Shown: positions 10,946 to 20,373 of the stretch, in pieces | How positions within the stretch are numbered: the stretch's first letter is position 1 | Layout: every line of letters starts with the position of its first letter | Source: Fibrobacteria bacterium | GTDB lineage: Bacteria > Fibrobacterota > Fibrobacteria > UBA11236 | Assembly (NCBI GenBank): GCA_043745805.1 | Contig: JAYTSD010000031.1 | Coordinates: 64,001-128,000 of the forward strand | DNA length: 64,000 bases | Direction: 5' to 3' | Translations under genes and position numbers: made by a program | The notes under the pieces: generated by a model | Told to the model about the DNA's origin: nothing | Databases searched by the model: none | What the model saw: the letters and a program-made list of their open reading frames with translations, nothing else

Positions 10946-11512
10946 TTAATCGTTAACACAAAGGGTTTCGCAATAGTTTTCCCAGCTTTGTAGATTCTGG
11001 AATTTGGCGCGCAAGGTTTGCATTTTAGTGGTGAACTTGGCTAAGCGTTTGGTGATGGCTACACGCGATACTCCGCATATTTGGGAGATTTCTAAATGCG
11101 TTAAACCAACGTCAAGACGTAGGAAAATAATTTGGCGAGTTTCCTCATCCATTTGTCCCATTAGCTTTTCCAATAATATTTCGGATGCACTAGGTTTTTG
11201 ATCATGACCGCGTGGGAAGTCTTGTAAATAACTTGCATATTGCGAGGACAATTCTCCTTGACGTTTTTTCCAACGTAAAAAATCCAAACTATAATTGGCA
11301 GCGATACGGTAAATCCAAGTGGTGAGTTGACTTTGCCCTTCGAAATGGGGAAGCGAACCATGAATTTTTAATAAAATATCTTGTGCAAGATCTTGAGCAT
11401 CGCTCACATTTTTAACATAACGCAAACAAATACGATAAATCATGGGGGAATACTGCATATGGAGAGTCTCCAAATTATGTTTCGTGGGAGTTAATAGAGT
11501 TGTGTTTTCCAT
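10946..11512 (-). CDS. ECF-type RNA polymerase sigma factor
   Basis: Region 2 DAQDLAQDILLK..F.GQSQLTTWIYRIAAN..LDFLR, region 4 GLTHLEISQICGVS; likely start ATG 11512 after RBS aaggt (track: 11539). Confidence 0.9.
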   Translation of the reverse strand: MENTTLLTPTKHNLETLHMQYSPMIYRICLRYVKNVSDAQDLAQDILLKIHGSLPHFEGQSQLTTWIYRIAANYSLDFLRWKKRQGELSSQYASYLQDFPRGHDQKPSASEILLEKLMGQMDEETRQIIFLRLDVGLTHLEISQICGVSRVAITKRLAKFTTKMQTLRAKFQNLQSWENYCETLCVND

Positions 11513-11552
11513 TTGAATTACCTTGTTGTGTTGTCTCATGGAGAACCTCTAA

Positions 11553-11568
11553 TGCAACTCGAGTGCCA
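11553..11568 (-). promoter_or_regulatory. Sigma54 -24/-12 promoter for the ECF sigma gene
   Basis: Minus strand TGGCAC-TCGAG-TTGCA matches the consensus TGGCAC-N5-TTGC. Confidence 0.8.
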
Positions 11569-11638
11569 AGTTTTTTTAAAGCAAAAAACCGCTTAATTAA
11601 GCTGTTTTCGCCACTTATATAAGCTTATAATTAAGTAT

Positions 11639-11719
11639 TGCGCAAGGGATTGCGCACTCTGCGCGGAGCAGAGTAAACCTATTTTTGCGCACTTGCGCAA
11701 GGATTCATGCAAGCTTGCA
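11639..11719. promoter_or_regulatory. Candidate enhancer (UAS) sites for a sigma54 activator
   Basis: Four TGCGCA palindromes (11639, 11651, 11686, 11694) and atgcaagcttgcat, about 100-170 bp upstream of the predicted start, with an AT-rich spacer between. Confidence 0.5.
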
Positions 11720-11778
11720 TCTATTCCTTAGTCCATTTGTTCATGTGTACGTTTGTGTGGAAGAACTAAATTTTAAAG

Positions 11779-12603
11779 ATGCAGAAAATATTTAAGTTAG
11801 GAATTACCGGCGCATTAATTTTTTTGTGCCTACACTGCGCGTCAAATTTTAAACCCATCGATTCTTCTCAACATCTAACGGCAAAACCCCAGCCCATACA
11901 AGAAGTTCTGCAAAGCCAAGATGCTTTATATCTTTTCAATTTTGCGGCACTTCATTATCAAAAATATTTGCTGCAACAATTACCCGACTCCTTGGAATGG
12001 GAAATGCAAAAATCCGAAAATTGGTTAACCCTCGCCACACCGACGTTACCCTTCTTGCCGCAGCAAGCTGCCATTGGCCCAAATGGGAATTTTTTTCTGT
12101 TCGATAAATTAGGGAAACGTATTTGTCAATACGATGCGAATGCGCAATTATTGGCTTGTTTGGATTTACCCTTGGAATTAAAACGTTTAAATCTTGAAGA
12201 GTTGCATTTTTATTGGAATGCCGGAGGGCTGGTTTTTTTGCATTATGCGCAAGGGCAAGTGTGGCAATATTCACTTTTTCAAATTCATGCACAGAATGAA
12301 GAATGGCAATTACGCAATACCTTAAAAATTCCTTTGGGTTTACGTCAATGTGTTTACTTACCTGAGAGCCAGCTCTATCGCTGTTTGCGCGGTGAAAGGG
12401 CTATAGATTTTGATCTTTATTTTAATGAGAAAACGGAGTTTAATCCGCAAGATAGCCTTATGACTATAAACGGTTTACTTTATAATGCAAATACCAAGAG
12501 TTGGATTTTTAATTTTATGGGTAAACTGGCGATGACGAAGAAAAATAAAATTTTCTGTTTTAATCCTGTCTCTCAATCCTTAAGCCTTTGTACAGCGCCT
12601 TAA
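11779..12603 (+). CDS. Putative lipoprotein with a short beta-propeller-like segment
   Basis: Basic N-terminus, hydrophobic stretch ending in Cys (LIFLCLHCAS); AIGPNGNFFLFD resembles an NHL blade. Confidence 0.55.
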   Translation: MQKIFKLGITGALIFLCLHCASNFKPIDSSQHLTAKPQPIQEVLQSQDALYLFNFAALHYQKYLLQQLPDSLEWEMQKSENWLTLATPTLPFLPQQAAIGPNGNFFLFDKLGKRICQYDANAQLLACLDLPLELKRLNLEELHFYWNAGGLVFLHYAQGQVWQYSLFQIHAQNEEWQLRNTLKIPLGLRQCVYLPESQLYRCLRGERAIDFDLYFNEKTEFNPQDSLMTINGLLYNANTKSWIFNFMGKLAMTKKNKIFCFNPVSQSLSLCTAP

Positions 12604-15600
12604 AATTTTTACGCCTATTATTTTATTTCTGCGGCATGTTCACTGCATTATCCGCGAGTGCCTTGGAAATTTTTTCACCAGAGAATGCTACGAATAAACC
12701 ACTAAGAAATATTGGCTGGATAAAAAAAACGCATTGCGAAACTTTTAAAAATTTATCCGAGGATTCATCCGAGGTTTCAGCCTTTAATTTTGCCCTAGGT
12801 TTAGGGTCAACTTCTCGCCTGCAATTGCGACGCAATGGTGAGGCTTTATTACAGGATAGAGATTTTCAAATCGCAGAAGGCGATAGTACTTTGATTTTTG
12901 CCTCGCCTTTGAAGAATAGCGATACGCTTTGCTTAGATATTTATACTACGCCATTATTTCCTGAAAATCCATATCGGCTAAATCGCTTGGAACGCGTTCC
13001 TATTTATCGTGAGGGGATTGACAGTGCTTGGCAAAATACTGTTGCTTTTACAGAAGATGAAACCTCCAAGGGACCGTATCACTTAGATTATGGCGGAAGC
13101 AAAAGTCTTTCCGTGGCCGTGGGTAATGGTGGCGGTGTGGCCTTAGATCAATCCTTACTTTTAGATGTACGTGGCCAAATTGCCGAAAATGTTTTTGTAG
13201 AAGGTCATCTTTCTGATCAAAATATTCCCATTCAACCCGAAGGCAATACCGCCTCTTTAAAAGAAGTGGACGCGATCTTTATCAAAGTGTATGGCCAACA
13301 GTATGGTTATACCTTAGGCAACTATTTACTGGATTTTGGAAGTGCTGGAACGGATCAATACATCGCAAAAGTGGAAGGTGTGCAAGGCGCTTGGACGCAT
13401 GGTGATTATCGTGTACATGGATCATTGTCGGTAAGCAAAGGCCAATATTTTAGCGATACCTTCCATGGCGTAAATGGCCAACAGCGCGGCTATTATTTGC
13501 ATGGCAATGGTGGCCGCACTTTTATTACGGTTTTAGCGGGTACGGAAAAGGTATGGCGCAATGGGATATTATTAAGACGTGGAAGTGACTATACCATTGA
13601 ATATGGTGAAGGCAAGCTCGATTTTTTAAATAACCTAACGGTTACCAGTGAAAATATTTTTGCCGTTGAATATCAATATACCGAACAAGAATATCCTCGT
13701 TCCCTATGGTCGGCTGAAGTGGCAGATACAGCAGGTGCATGGACTTGGTCCTTACGCAGTATTTACGAAAAAGAAGATAGAAAATCACCACTCAATACTA
13801 TTTACACCGAGGACCAAAAAATTCGCTTTAGCAATTTAGGCGACAGTACTTTACCTAAAGATTCATTATATAGTCGCGTACAATTGCCCCAAGACTTAGG
13901 GCATGCAGTAGCGGAAATGAATTATCAAAAAGATCGTCATCATTCGCATTTAATTTTTAAAGGATCGACTTGGGATAAAAATTTATATTCGTCTCGCGAT
14001 GATAAGGATAATTATGGCTATGGCCTGAATTATCTGGGGGGGCAGGCTTGGGGTCAACCTTTTAATCAAGGTGGCTTTGGCGCTACCTCCTTGGAAATGA
14101 ATCATGAAAATCGTTCAGTGAATTACACATCCTTTCGCCAACTCATTGAGCCACGACAATTTCTTGATACTTGGAATTTGCCTGCGAGTATTGGTGAAAG
14201 AGATTTTCAAGCGGATCGATTTACCGTAGAAGAAAAACTCTTTAGCCCTTTTGCGGTGGGTGCTGAATATGGTTATGCCGAAGGGCATTCCTTTGTATCC
14301 ATGAATTCGGAACGCGAAAAAATTTATACTCGTTTGGGAAATGAGGCACAGTATGTTTTACTGGAAAGTGAAGCAAAATATGCACGCACACCCTTGCGGC
14401 AAGATAATTATCGGCAAAATATTGTTTCCTCCTTGGCCTTCACGCGGATTACTCCAGCGTTACGCTATACTCGCAATGAATGGCAAAATGATATAGACAA
14501 TAACGGATTAGCAGGGAAAACTTTATCCAGTAAAGAAGAAGCGGAATTAACCTTTAAAAGCATTCCCTTTTGGAATCGTTTAAGTGTTACTGGAGGTATA
14601 AATGGATTATGGCAAAAATCCAATTTCAATAATGCCATAGCCACGCCTACCGATTCCGTAGGGGCTTATGGCTTTTCGCAAAAAATAGATTTGGCAGGGT
14701 GGGGGCCTTGGTTTTCAGATATTTTTTACGGGTATAGACGATTTCAAGAATGGGTTCCTAATGCAAATGGCCGGCCCTCTATAGATCCAACTTTACATGC
14801 TTTTAATCAATTAGAGTGGAATAATCGTTTATACGATGGGCATTGGGGCTATAATCTTGCGATGAATTATCGCATCAATCAAACCGCGGAGTTACCCCTT
14901 ATTCAAGCCTATGATTCCGTCGCACAGGGACGCGGGCATTATGTGCGGGACTCGATTGGAAATGCTTTTCATGAAGATGAAATCAATGGCAATTTTATTT
15001 TGGCAGGACTGAAACGCGATACCACTTTAGGGTTAAGACCTTATCAAGATTTAGGTTTTACTCTGAGCTTGGATCTCATTCCTGCACAATTTCCTTTTAC
15101 AGTAAAAGGTGTTCTAGCGGATATTCGCCTGCATGGAGAGTTGGCTGTAGAGCAGCAAGATAGTGGCGGTAACCCAAATTTTTATCCGGTATTTACCGAT
15201 CAAAATATTCGCCTGTTACGTAGCGGAAAGAGTCGCTATGCTCCTTCTTTGCAATGGAAAAGTGGGAGTGGACTTAAGAATGCCGAGTTATCGGTCGAAC
15301 GCAGCTTCGCCAAAGCCGCAGGTGAAAATGCCTCGGAAGAAAAAGTGTGGAATGAACGATTGCATTATCGGCAAGAATGGTTAACGACTTGGGAATACAG
15401 CTTAGAACAAGCTTATGAAAATCGTTTTCGCGAAGGTTTGCCTTCGGGTATTAATGGTGGATCACCTTCCACTGAAGAAAATGAAAATTATTTGTATGGA
15501 GGATCTTTATTAAAAAAACTACCCAAAGCTTTTTCGGTAGAGCAATTTTTACAATATGAAAATAGCCAAGGTAAACTTTCCAACTCAGCCTTTTCCACAA

Positions 15601-15881
15601 AACTACAAGGTCTTAAACCTCGTTTTCGTATAGAAAAAGCCTCCTTATACAATGGTAGAGCCTATATTGAATATGGGTTGTTTTATTATTGGGGTCAAGG
15701 CGATGGGGGTTACTATACCACGGGCGGCTATCAGCGCGGTACTACCCATCGCGTGGAAGCGAATGCGCATTTCCAAATAGGACAAAATGTTTATTTGAGT
15801 ATAAATTATTTGATTCGCAAAGAGCCCAGAAGCGATGCTTTGATTCAAAAATTGTCGGCAGAAATAAGAGCGGTATTTTGA
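12588..15881 (+). CDS. Large outer-membrane protein, probable beta-barrel
   Basis: Signal peptide, many amphipathic strands, terminal Phe (EIRAVF); 1097 aa. Confidence 0.7.
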   Translation: MYSALKFLRLLFYFCGMFTALSASALEIFSPENATNKPLRNIGWIKKTHCETFKNLSEDSSEVSAFNFALGLGSTSRLQLRRNGEALLQDRDFQIAEGDSTLIFASPLKNSDTLCLDIYTTPLFPENPYRLNRLERVPIYREGIDSAWQNTVAFTEDETSKGPYHLDYGGSKSLSVAVGNGGGVALDQSLLLDVRGQIAENVFVEGHLSDQNIPIQPEGNTASLKEVDAIFIKVYGQQYGYTLGNYLLDFGSAGTDQYIAKVEGVQGAWTHGDYRVHGSLSVSKGQYFSDTFHGVNGQQRGYYLHGNGGRTFITVLAGTEKVWRNGILLRRGSDYTIEYGEGKLDFLNNLTVTSENIFAVEYQYTEQEYPRSLWSAEVADTAGAWTWSLRSIYEKEDRKSPLNTIYTEDQKIRFSNLGDSTLPKDSLYSRVQLPQDLGHAVAEMNYQKDRHHSHLIFKGSTWDKNLYSSRDDKDNYGYGLNYLGGQAWGQPFNQGGFGATSLEMNHENRSVNYTSFRQLIEPRQFLDTWNLPASIGERDFQADRFTVEEKLFSPFAVGAEYGYAEGHSFVSMNSEREKIYTRLGNEAQYVLLESEAKYARTPLRQDNYRQNIVSSLAFTRITPALRYTRNEWQNDIDNNGLAGKTLSSKEEAELTFKSIPFWNRLSVTGGINGLWQKSNFNNAIATPTDSVGAYGFSQKIDLAGWGPWFSDIFYGYRRFQEWVPNANGRPSIDPTLHAFNQLEWNNRLYDGHWGYNLAMNYRINQTAELPLIQAYDSVAQGRGHYVRDSIGNAFHEDEINGNFILAGLKRDTTLGLRPYQDLGFTLSLDLIPAQFPFTVKGVLADIRLHGELAVEQQDSGGNPNFYPVFTDQNIRLLRSGKSRYAPSLQWKSGSGLKNAELSVERSFAKAAGENASEEKVWNERLHYRQEWLTTWEYSLEQAYENRFREGLPSGINGGSPSTEENENYLYGGSLLKKLPKAFSVEQFLQYENSQGKLSNSAFSTKLQGLKPRFRIEKASLYNGRAYIEYGLFYYWGQGDGGYYTTGGYQRGTTHRVEANAHFQIGQNVYLSINYLIRKEPRSDALIQKLSAEIRAVF

Positions 15882-17464
15882 AACGCTACTTTTTTTGTTT
15901 AATAGTAATATTTGTAATATTTAGTTTTAGTTATGCGCAGGTTACTCCCATTGATGAAAATTCTTGGTTAAAGCAAAATAAAATTAATGATAGCCTACTA
16001 CTAAATTTATATCAACAAGGTTATTTAGCCGCAGAGCGGGATACCCAAGGCATAATCCAGCAAGGAAATTTGTATCGTATTGGGAAAATTACCGTTACAA
16101 AAAACCCGCAAAAATTCACCTCCCAGTCTTTGCGACTCGAAAATTTTACGGGGCAATGGGTAACTAAACAAATACTTTCCGATTTACAAAGTACCATCGC
16201 CAATACATTAATGGATTCGGGTTTTACCTTTGCCGCTTTGCAATGGGATGTTGAGGAAAATATTTCCGGCCAAGCTTTAGATTTAACGCTTACTTTAAAT
16301 TGTGGTCCGGGTTATAAATTTGGAGGCTTTAAAGCGCATGGGAGCCGCATTCAGCCGGATGTTTTAGAACGACTGTCTTTGTTAAAATTTGGAGAGAATT
16401 TTAATATACATCGCATACAAGCCGCCGAAGAAAAAATATCTCGCTTGGGATATTTTGATCGCTTGGAAGCGAGGCAATTATTTCGAGACTCTACACGTTA
16501 CCTACTTTATCCTGAACTTTTACTTTCCGATTTTAAAGGCAATCGCTTAAGTGGATTATTGGGATACGATTCAGAAAATAAAGGGCAAGGCGGATTATTA
16601 GGCTATTTGGATATTCATTTGATCAATATGGCAGGTACTGCACGCGATTTAGATTTTCATTTAAATGCGCAATCGCTAAAAGGAACTCCTGCGGAAACGC
16701 AAGTCAAAGTGGATTATACCGAACCCTGGCTTTATCTATTGCCCATAGGCGCGAAGGCCTCTCTAGCCTTATCTTTACAGGACTCCGTATACAATGAGCG
16801 CAAGCTAGGTTTAGGGATTTTTCAAGACATTGATTTTCATTCTAAATATCAAGTCAATTTCGGTTTACAACATAATGAAAATTTTGTGGACTCCACGCAA
16901 AGCGATGCCAAAACCATTGGCTTTGAGTTAATCTATGATGCTCGAGATAAAGTACCCTATACGTTACGGGGTGAAAAAATCAGTGGAAGCGTGGAAGGCA
17001 TTCGCCGCGAATTAGCGGATACCACTTATTATGTTTTACAAAACAAAATGCAAACCGAAGGCTGGATCCCTTTTGGAAAGCGCTGGGTAGGGTATGGCCG
17101 TCTTTCGGCAGCTGGAAATTGGCCTTTGCGCGTTCATCCCAATCGCGGTGAACTTTTTCAAATAGGTGGCACTAATTCTATTCGTGGTTATCGCGAAAAT
17201 GAATTCCTTACTGATCTTTTTGTATATGCCAATTTGGAATTGCAATTTATTTTAAGCGCACGCAGCCGCGTTTCACTTTTTGGGGTTCCGGCTTGGATTA
17301 ATCAATTGGGAAGTGGTGATATTGATTGGCAAAGAGTGGCCGGTTATGGATTTGGACTCGATTTAGGCAATAAGGATTGGGTTTTTGGCATTAGCTATGC
17401 CCTCAATCCTGACCGAAGTTTGGGTAATGGTCTGGTGCATGTTCATGTGGTGAACCAGTTTTAA
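15878..17464 (+). CDS. Omp85 (BamA/TamA) family outer-membrane protein
   Basis: Likely TTG start overlapping the upstream stop, signal peptide, POTRA-like segment (RLGYF), YTEPWL, GGTNSIRGY, terminal Phe. Confidence 0.85.
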   Translation: MKRYFFCLIVIFVIFSFSYAQVTPIDENSWLKQNKINDSLLLNLYQQGYLAAERDTQGIIQQGNLYRIGKITVTKNPQKFTSQSLRLENFTGQWVTKQILSDLQSTIANTLMDSGFTFAALQWDVEENISGQALDLTLTLNCGPGYKFGGFKAHGSRIQPDVLERLSLLKFGENFNIHRIQAAEEKISRLGYFDRLEARQLFRDSTRYLLYPELLLSDFKGNRLSGLLGYDSENKGQGGLLGYLDIHLINMAGTARDLDFHLNAQSLKGTPAETQVKVDYTEPWLYLLPIGAKASLALSLQDSVYNERKLGLGIFQDIDFHSKYQVNFGLQHNENFVDSTQSDAKTIGFELIYDARDKVPYTLRGEKISGSVEGIRRELADTTYYVLQNKMQTEGWIPFGKRWVGYGRLSAAGNWPLRVHPNRGELFQIGGTNSIRGYRENEFLTDLFVYANLELQFILSARSRVSLFGVPAWINQLGSGDIDWQRVAGYGFGLDLGNKDWVFGISYALNPDRSLGNGLVHVHVVNQF

Positions 17465-17750
17465 TGGGAGGTGGAGATTTTTGCATTCCATCCTAAAGTT
17501 TAGTGCCTTGCTATCCGATATAGTGTTTAGAGAGATGGCCCATGGATAAGCCAAAATCCATATTACTAATAGCCCAATCGTCTGCCCTCCAGACGGGTGG
17601 GAGAGTCTCTCTGCTATGAGTCGTTACAACTTGGCTGCCAACCAAGAGGTGGCTTCACCGCTTCTCTTGGTTTGGTATTCGTGGTCGGTCATGGTTAGCA
17701 TAGGCCATTTCGCAATCCTTAAATTAATCCCATTTTTTCGCATAATAAAA

Positions 17751-17778
17751 TTGAAATTCTGAGCGCATCGGTTATATT
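17751..17778 (+). promoter_or_regulatory. Candidate sigma70 promoter of tRNA-Lys
   Basis: ttgaaa-N16-tatatt, ending 14 bp before the tRNA. Confidence 0.45.
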
Positions 17779-17792
17779 TATGCCCCGTTGTG

Positions 17793-17868
<76 letters not shown>

Positions 17869-17876
17869 TTTAACAC

Positions 17877-17917
17877 CGCAAAAACATCGAATTTTAATCA
17901 AATTAGGTGTTTTTGCG
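17877..17917 (+). terminator. Phage-supplied hairpin just downstream of the tRNA
   Basis: cgcaaaaacatc / ggtgtttttgcg, 12-bp stem with one U-G pair. Confidence 0.5.
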
Positions 17918-18232
17918 CGTCTACGTTTTATCTAGCCAATTCCAAAAAACCGCCGTTGTATGCCGATATCTGCCATAGTAGGTGGCAGTTTAGTGGCATC
18001 CCAAAATTAACTAGGGTGGCTTTGGCTGGTCCCCTAGAAATATTTTTTCCAAGCGTTTCCTACACCGCCCCAATTTCTTTTTGCCAAAAAATTGATCAAA
18101 TCCCAAAGTTTTCTGAATTAGGAAACCCCACAAAACCACTCTGTGAAAAATGCGGATGGACTGATCACGTTTGGTGGTGCCCAGAACTAAACCAAAATTC
18201 TGAAGCCAATCAATTAAAAGATGGCGGTAAAA

Positions 18233-18547
18233 ATGGATAAGCGGATCCTGCACCTTACCCTAATTAAACAATGGTTTGACTTGGTAGCTAGTGGCCGCAA
18301 GCTATCCGAATTCCGACGCATAAAGCCATACTGGGAAAAACGATTTTACAAATCCATTTGCACTAAAGAATTTAAAGACTTCGACGAAATCCATTTCAAA
18401 AACGGTTATTCCAAAACCGCGCCAAGCATGCGCATAGAATTACTTGGCTTTGGCTATAAAGAATTTATGGGTGAACAATGTTTCGAATTAAGACTAGGCC
18501 GCGTCCTTGAGTTAAAACACTATAAACTGGATGAATCAAAATGCTAA
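18233..18547 (+). CDS. ASCH-domain protein
   Basis: LHLTLIKQWFDLVASGRK.SEFR..KPYW.KR and F.NGY motifs typical of phage ASCH proteins. Confidence 0.8.
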   Translation: MDKRILHLTLIKQWFDLVASGRKLSEFRRIKPYWEKRFYKSICTKEFKDFDEIHFKNGYSKTAPSMRIELLGFGYKEFMGEQCFELRLGRVLELKHYKLDESKC

Positions 18548-18776
18548 GAGAATCCATTTGTTGGCTTGGTGCGGTATTAATAATCCTAATTGGCGCTTTG
18601 TTTTTAACAAGGGGAAGTATATGAAATCATTTTTCGGCATCGTAATTGTTCCTGTTCTGGTTTGTATTGTTGTAGGCTTGGCGGTTACCTATGCGCCCAT
18701 TTTTATGGAGTTCCTAAGCCGAAAATAACCGTATCAGGTCGGTTACCTGAGTATCACAATTAATGGAGATAAAATC

Positions 18777-19151
18777 ATGAGTTCAAAAATTACAAGATCC
18801 TTAGCATGCGATTTAAAGCAGGACGAATTACTCACAAAGGGTGATGAGTTATCGACTATTTGCCAAGAAATTAACGAGTTGGAGTATAAAAAATCCGCTC
18901 AAGCCAAAAGATTAAAAGAAGAGATTGATGTACTCGAGGAAAAGAGATACAAGCTTGCTGGTATTGTTAAATCTCGTCAGGAATATCGCGATGTAGAGTG
19001 CCAAGAAAAGTTTGATTATGTTCGCCGTGAAGTTGTAACCATACGATTAGACACCGGTGAAATTGTTGCAAGCCGCGCTATGGACTTACACGAATATCAA
19101 ATTGAAATGGATTTGCATGAAAATCCTGCTGAAAGCCTTGCAAACGGATAA
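18777..19151 (+). CDS. Phage hypothetical protein (coiled coil plus small beta domain)
   Basis: RBS ggag; 124-aa ORF ending RLDTGEIV.SRAM. Confidence 0.7.
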   Translation: MSSKITRSLACDLKQDELLTKGDELSTICQEINELEYKKSAQAKRLKEEIDVLEEKRYKLAGIVKSRQEYRDVECQEKFDYVRREVVTIRLDTGEIVASRAMDLHEYQIEMDLHENPAESLANG

Positions 19152-19231
19152 AAAAAATTTGCCTATTTGGTAACCTCAAAGTTACCAATCTTTTAAAAAC
19201 ATTCAAACATAGAGTAATAAAACAGGAAAAA

Positions 19232-20092
19232 ATGGCAAAGAGATTTACTGATTCTGAGAAATGGAAAAAGCCATGGTTCAGGAAACTAAAACCCTTATAT
19301 AAGGCGTTCTGGGAATACTTGCGTGATAACTGTGATCATGCTGGTATTTGGCAAGTTGATTTTGAGCTGGCCGCCTATTGCATAGGTGAGGATGTTGACC
19401 AAGCCGAAGCGATGCAATTGTTTGAAAAACAATTCATTCCATTTGCTGGCGGCAAGCGTTGGTTAATAATCGATTTCGTTGAATATCAGTACGGCGGATT
19501 AGTTGCAAATAATAATGCCCACATTTCGGTAATAAATATTTTGAAAAAGAATGGTGTTTGGGAATTATTTGTTGATAGAAATAAAAATCAACCAGAAAAT
19601 CCAGCCCCTTGTGAGGGGCTGGCCAGCCCCTCACAAGGGTACCAAGATAAGGATAAGGATAAGGTTAAAGATCAAGATAAGGATCAAGACAATAACGCGT
19701 TGATGAAAAAAGAATTTTGTTTGGCTCTTGAATCCTATTCCGGAGAACGTCGCGACCCCGAAACGGAATGGACCGCTTTCCAAAAAAAATTCGGAAATGA
19801 AATCGAATCGATTATTCCCGCGCTAATCGGTGGAATCGAAAAAATGAAGGCACAAAAAACAATCCATTCGAACCAAACTGGAAAGCCGCCGATTTGGATG
19901 AAGTTTGAAAACTGGCTTGATGGCCGATACTGGACAACTGTTTATCCCGTCGCTACGACCGCAAAAACAGACTCAAAACCGTCTAACTGGTTTAGGCCAG
20001 TACCAGAGTTACCCCTTGATCAAAAAATGGATTCAGGGGAGGTTATGGAGCTTCTTACAAGCAGCTTGAAAAATGGCGGGATCGAAATATGA
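19232..20092 (+). CDS. Putative phage replication initiator
   Basis: N-terminal MAKRFTDSEKW..PWFR.L...Y..DNCDHAG, DKDKDK linker, C-terminal FENWL..RYW; typical initiator layout with an internal palindrome. Confidence 0.75.
   Translation: MAKRFTDSEKWKKPWFRKLKPLYKAFWEYLRDNCDHAGIWQVDFELAAYCIGEDVDQAEAMQLFEKQFIPFAGGKRWLIIDFVEYQYGGLVANNNAHISVINILKKNGVWELFVDRNKNQPENPAPCEGLASPSQGYQDKDKDKVKDQDKDQDNNALMKKEFCLALESYSGERRDPETEWTAFQKKFGNEIESIIPALIGGIEKMKAQKTIHSNQTGKPPIWMKFENWLDGRYWTTVYPVATTAKTDSKPSNWFRPVPELPLDQKMDSGEVMELLTSSLKNGGIEI
19601..19690. repeat. 34-bp perfect palindrome plus 6-bp repeats inside the initiator gene (candidate origin)
   Basis: cccttgtgaggggctgg|ccagcccctcacaaggg (19606-19639), overlapping ccagcccct-tgtg-aggggctgg (19601-19622), followed by gataag-like hexamers. 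Confidence 0.75.
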
Positions 20093-20373
20093 ACGATAGG
20101 CCGTTGATAAAGTACAAGATGCGCGTGACGGTAGTGAACCCAATCTTTTGGAGATACAAGGGAACAGAAATTCATTTGCCGATCGGAATAGGTGCAACGA
20201 TAGTCATGCGGTTTTGTAAGCAACGCGGAATAGGTTTGGACGTTGACGGCATGCGCCACCCAGACGAAGGTAGCTTTCCGATGAGCGAAACATTTGTTGA
20301 CCGGCCATTGCCTGCGCGTCTCGAACTCGAATCTATGGAAAAATATTGGAGGCGTAGTGAAAAAAGCAACTAA
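20089..20373 (+). CDS. Phage hypothetical protein
   Basis: ATGA overlap with the initiator stop. Confidence 0.55.
   Translation: MNDRPLIKYKMRVTVVNPIFWRYKGTEIHLPIGIGATIVMRFCKQRGIGLDVDGMRHPDEGSFPMSETFVDRPLPARLELESMEKYWRRSEKSN

Noticed and set aside
17465-17720. tmRNA (minus-strand peptide ending WLAAKL)
   Set aside because: No tRNA-like ends or T-arm and the peptide does not end in AA-stop; kept only as an unclassified structured region
17956-18240. 94-aa ORF at the left prophage end as a full gene
   Set aside because: Weak TTG start within the att arm region and no RBS; only the CxxC...H..WC tail looks protein-like, possibly a remnant
18727-18750. Pseudoknot or ribozyme (aaccg/cggtt and tcaggt/acctga)
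   Set aside because: The stems leave no connecting loop, so they are alternatives, and no ribozyme core is recognisable
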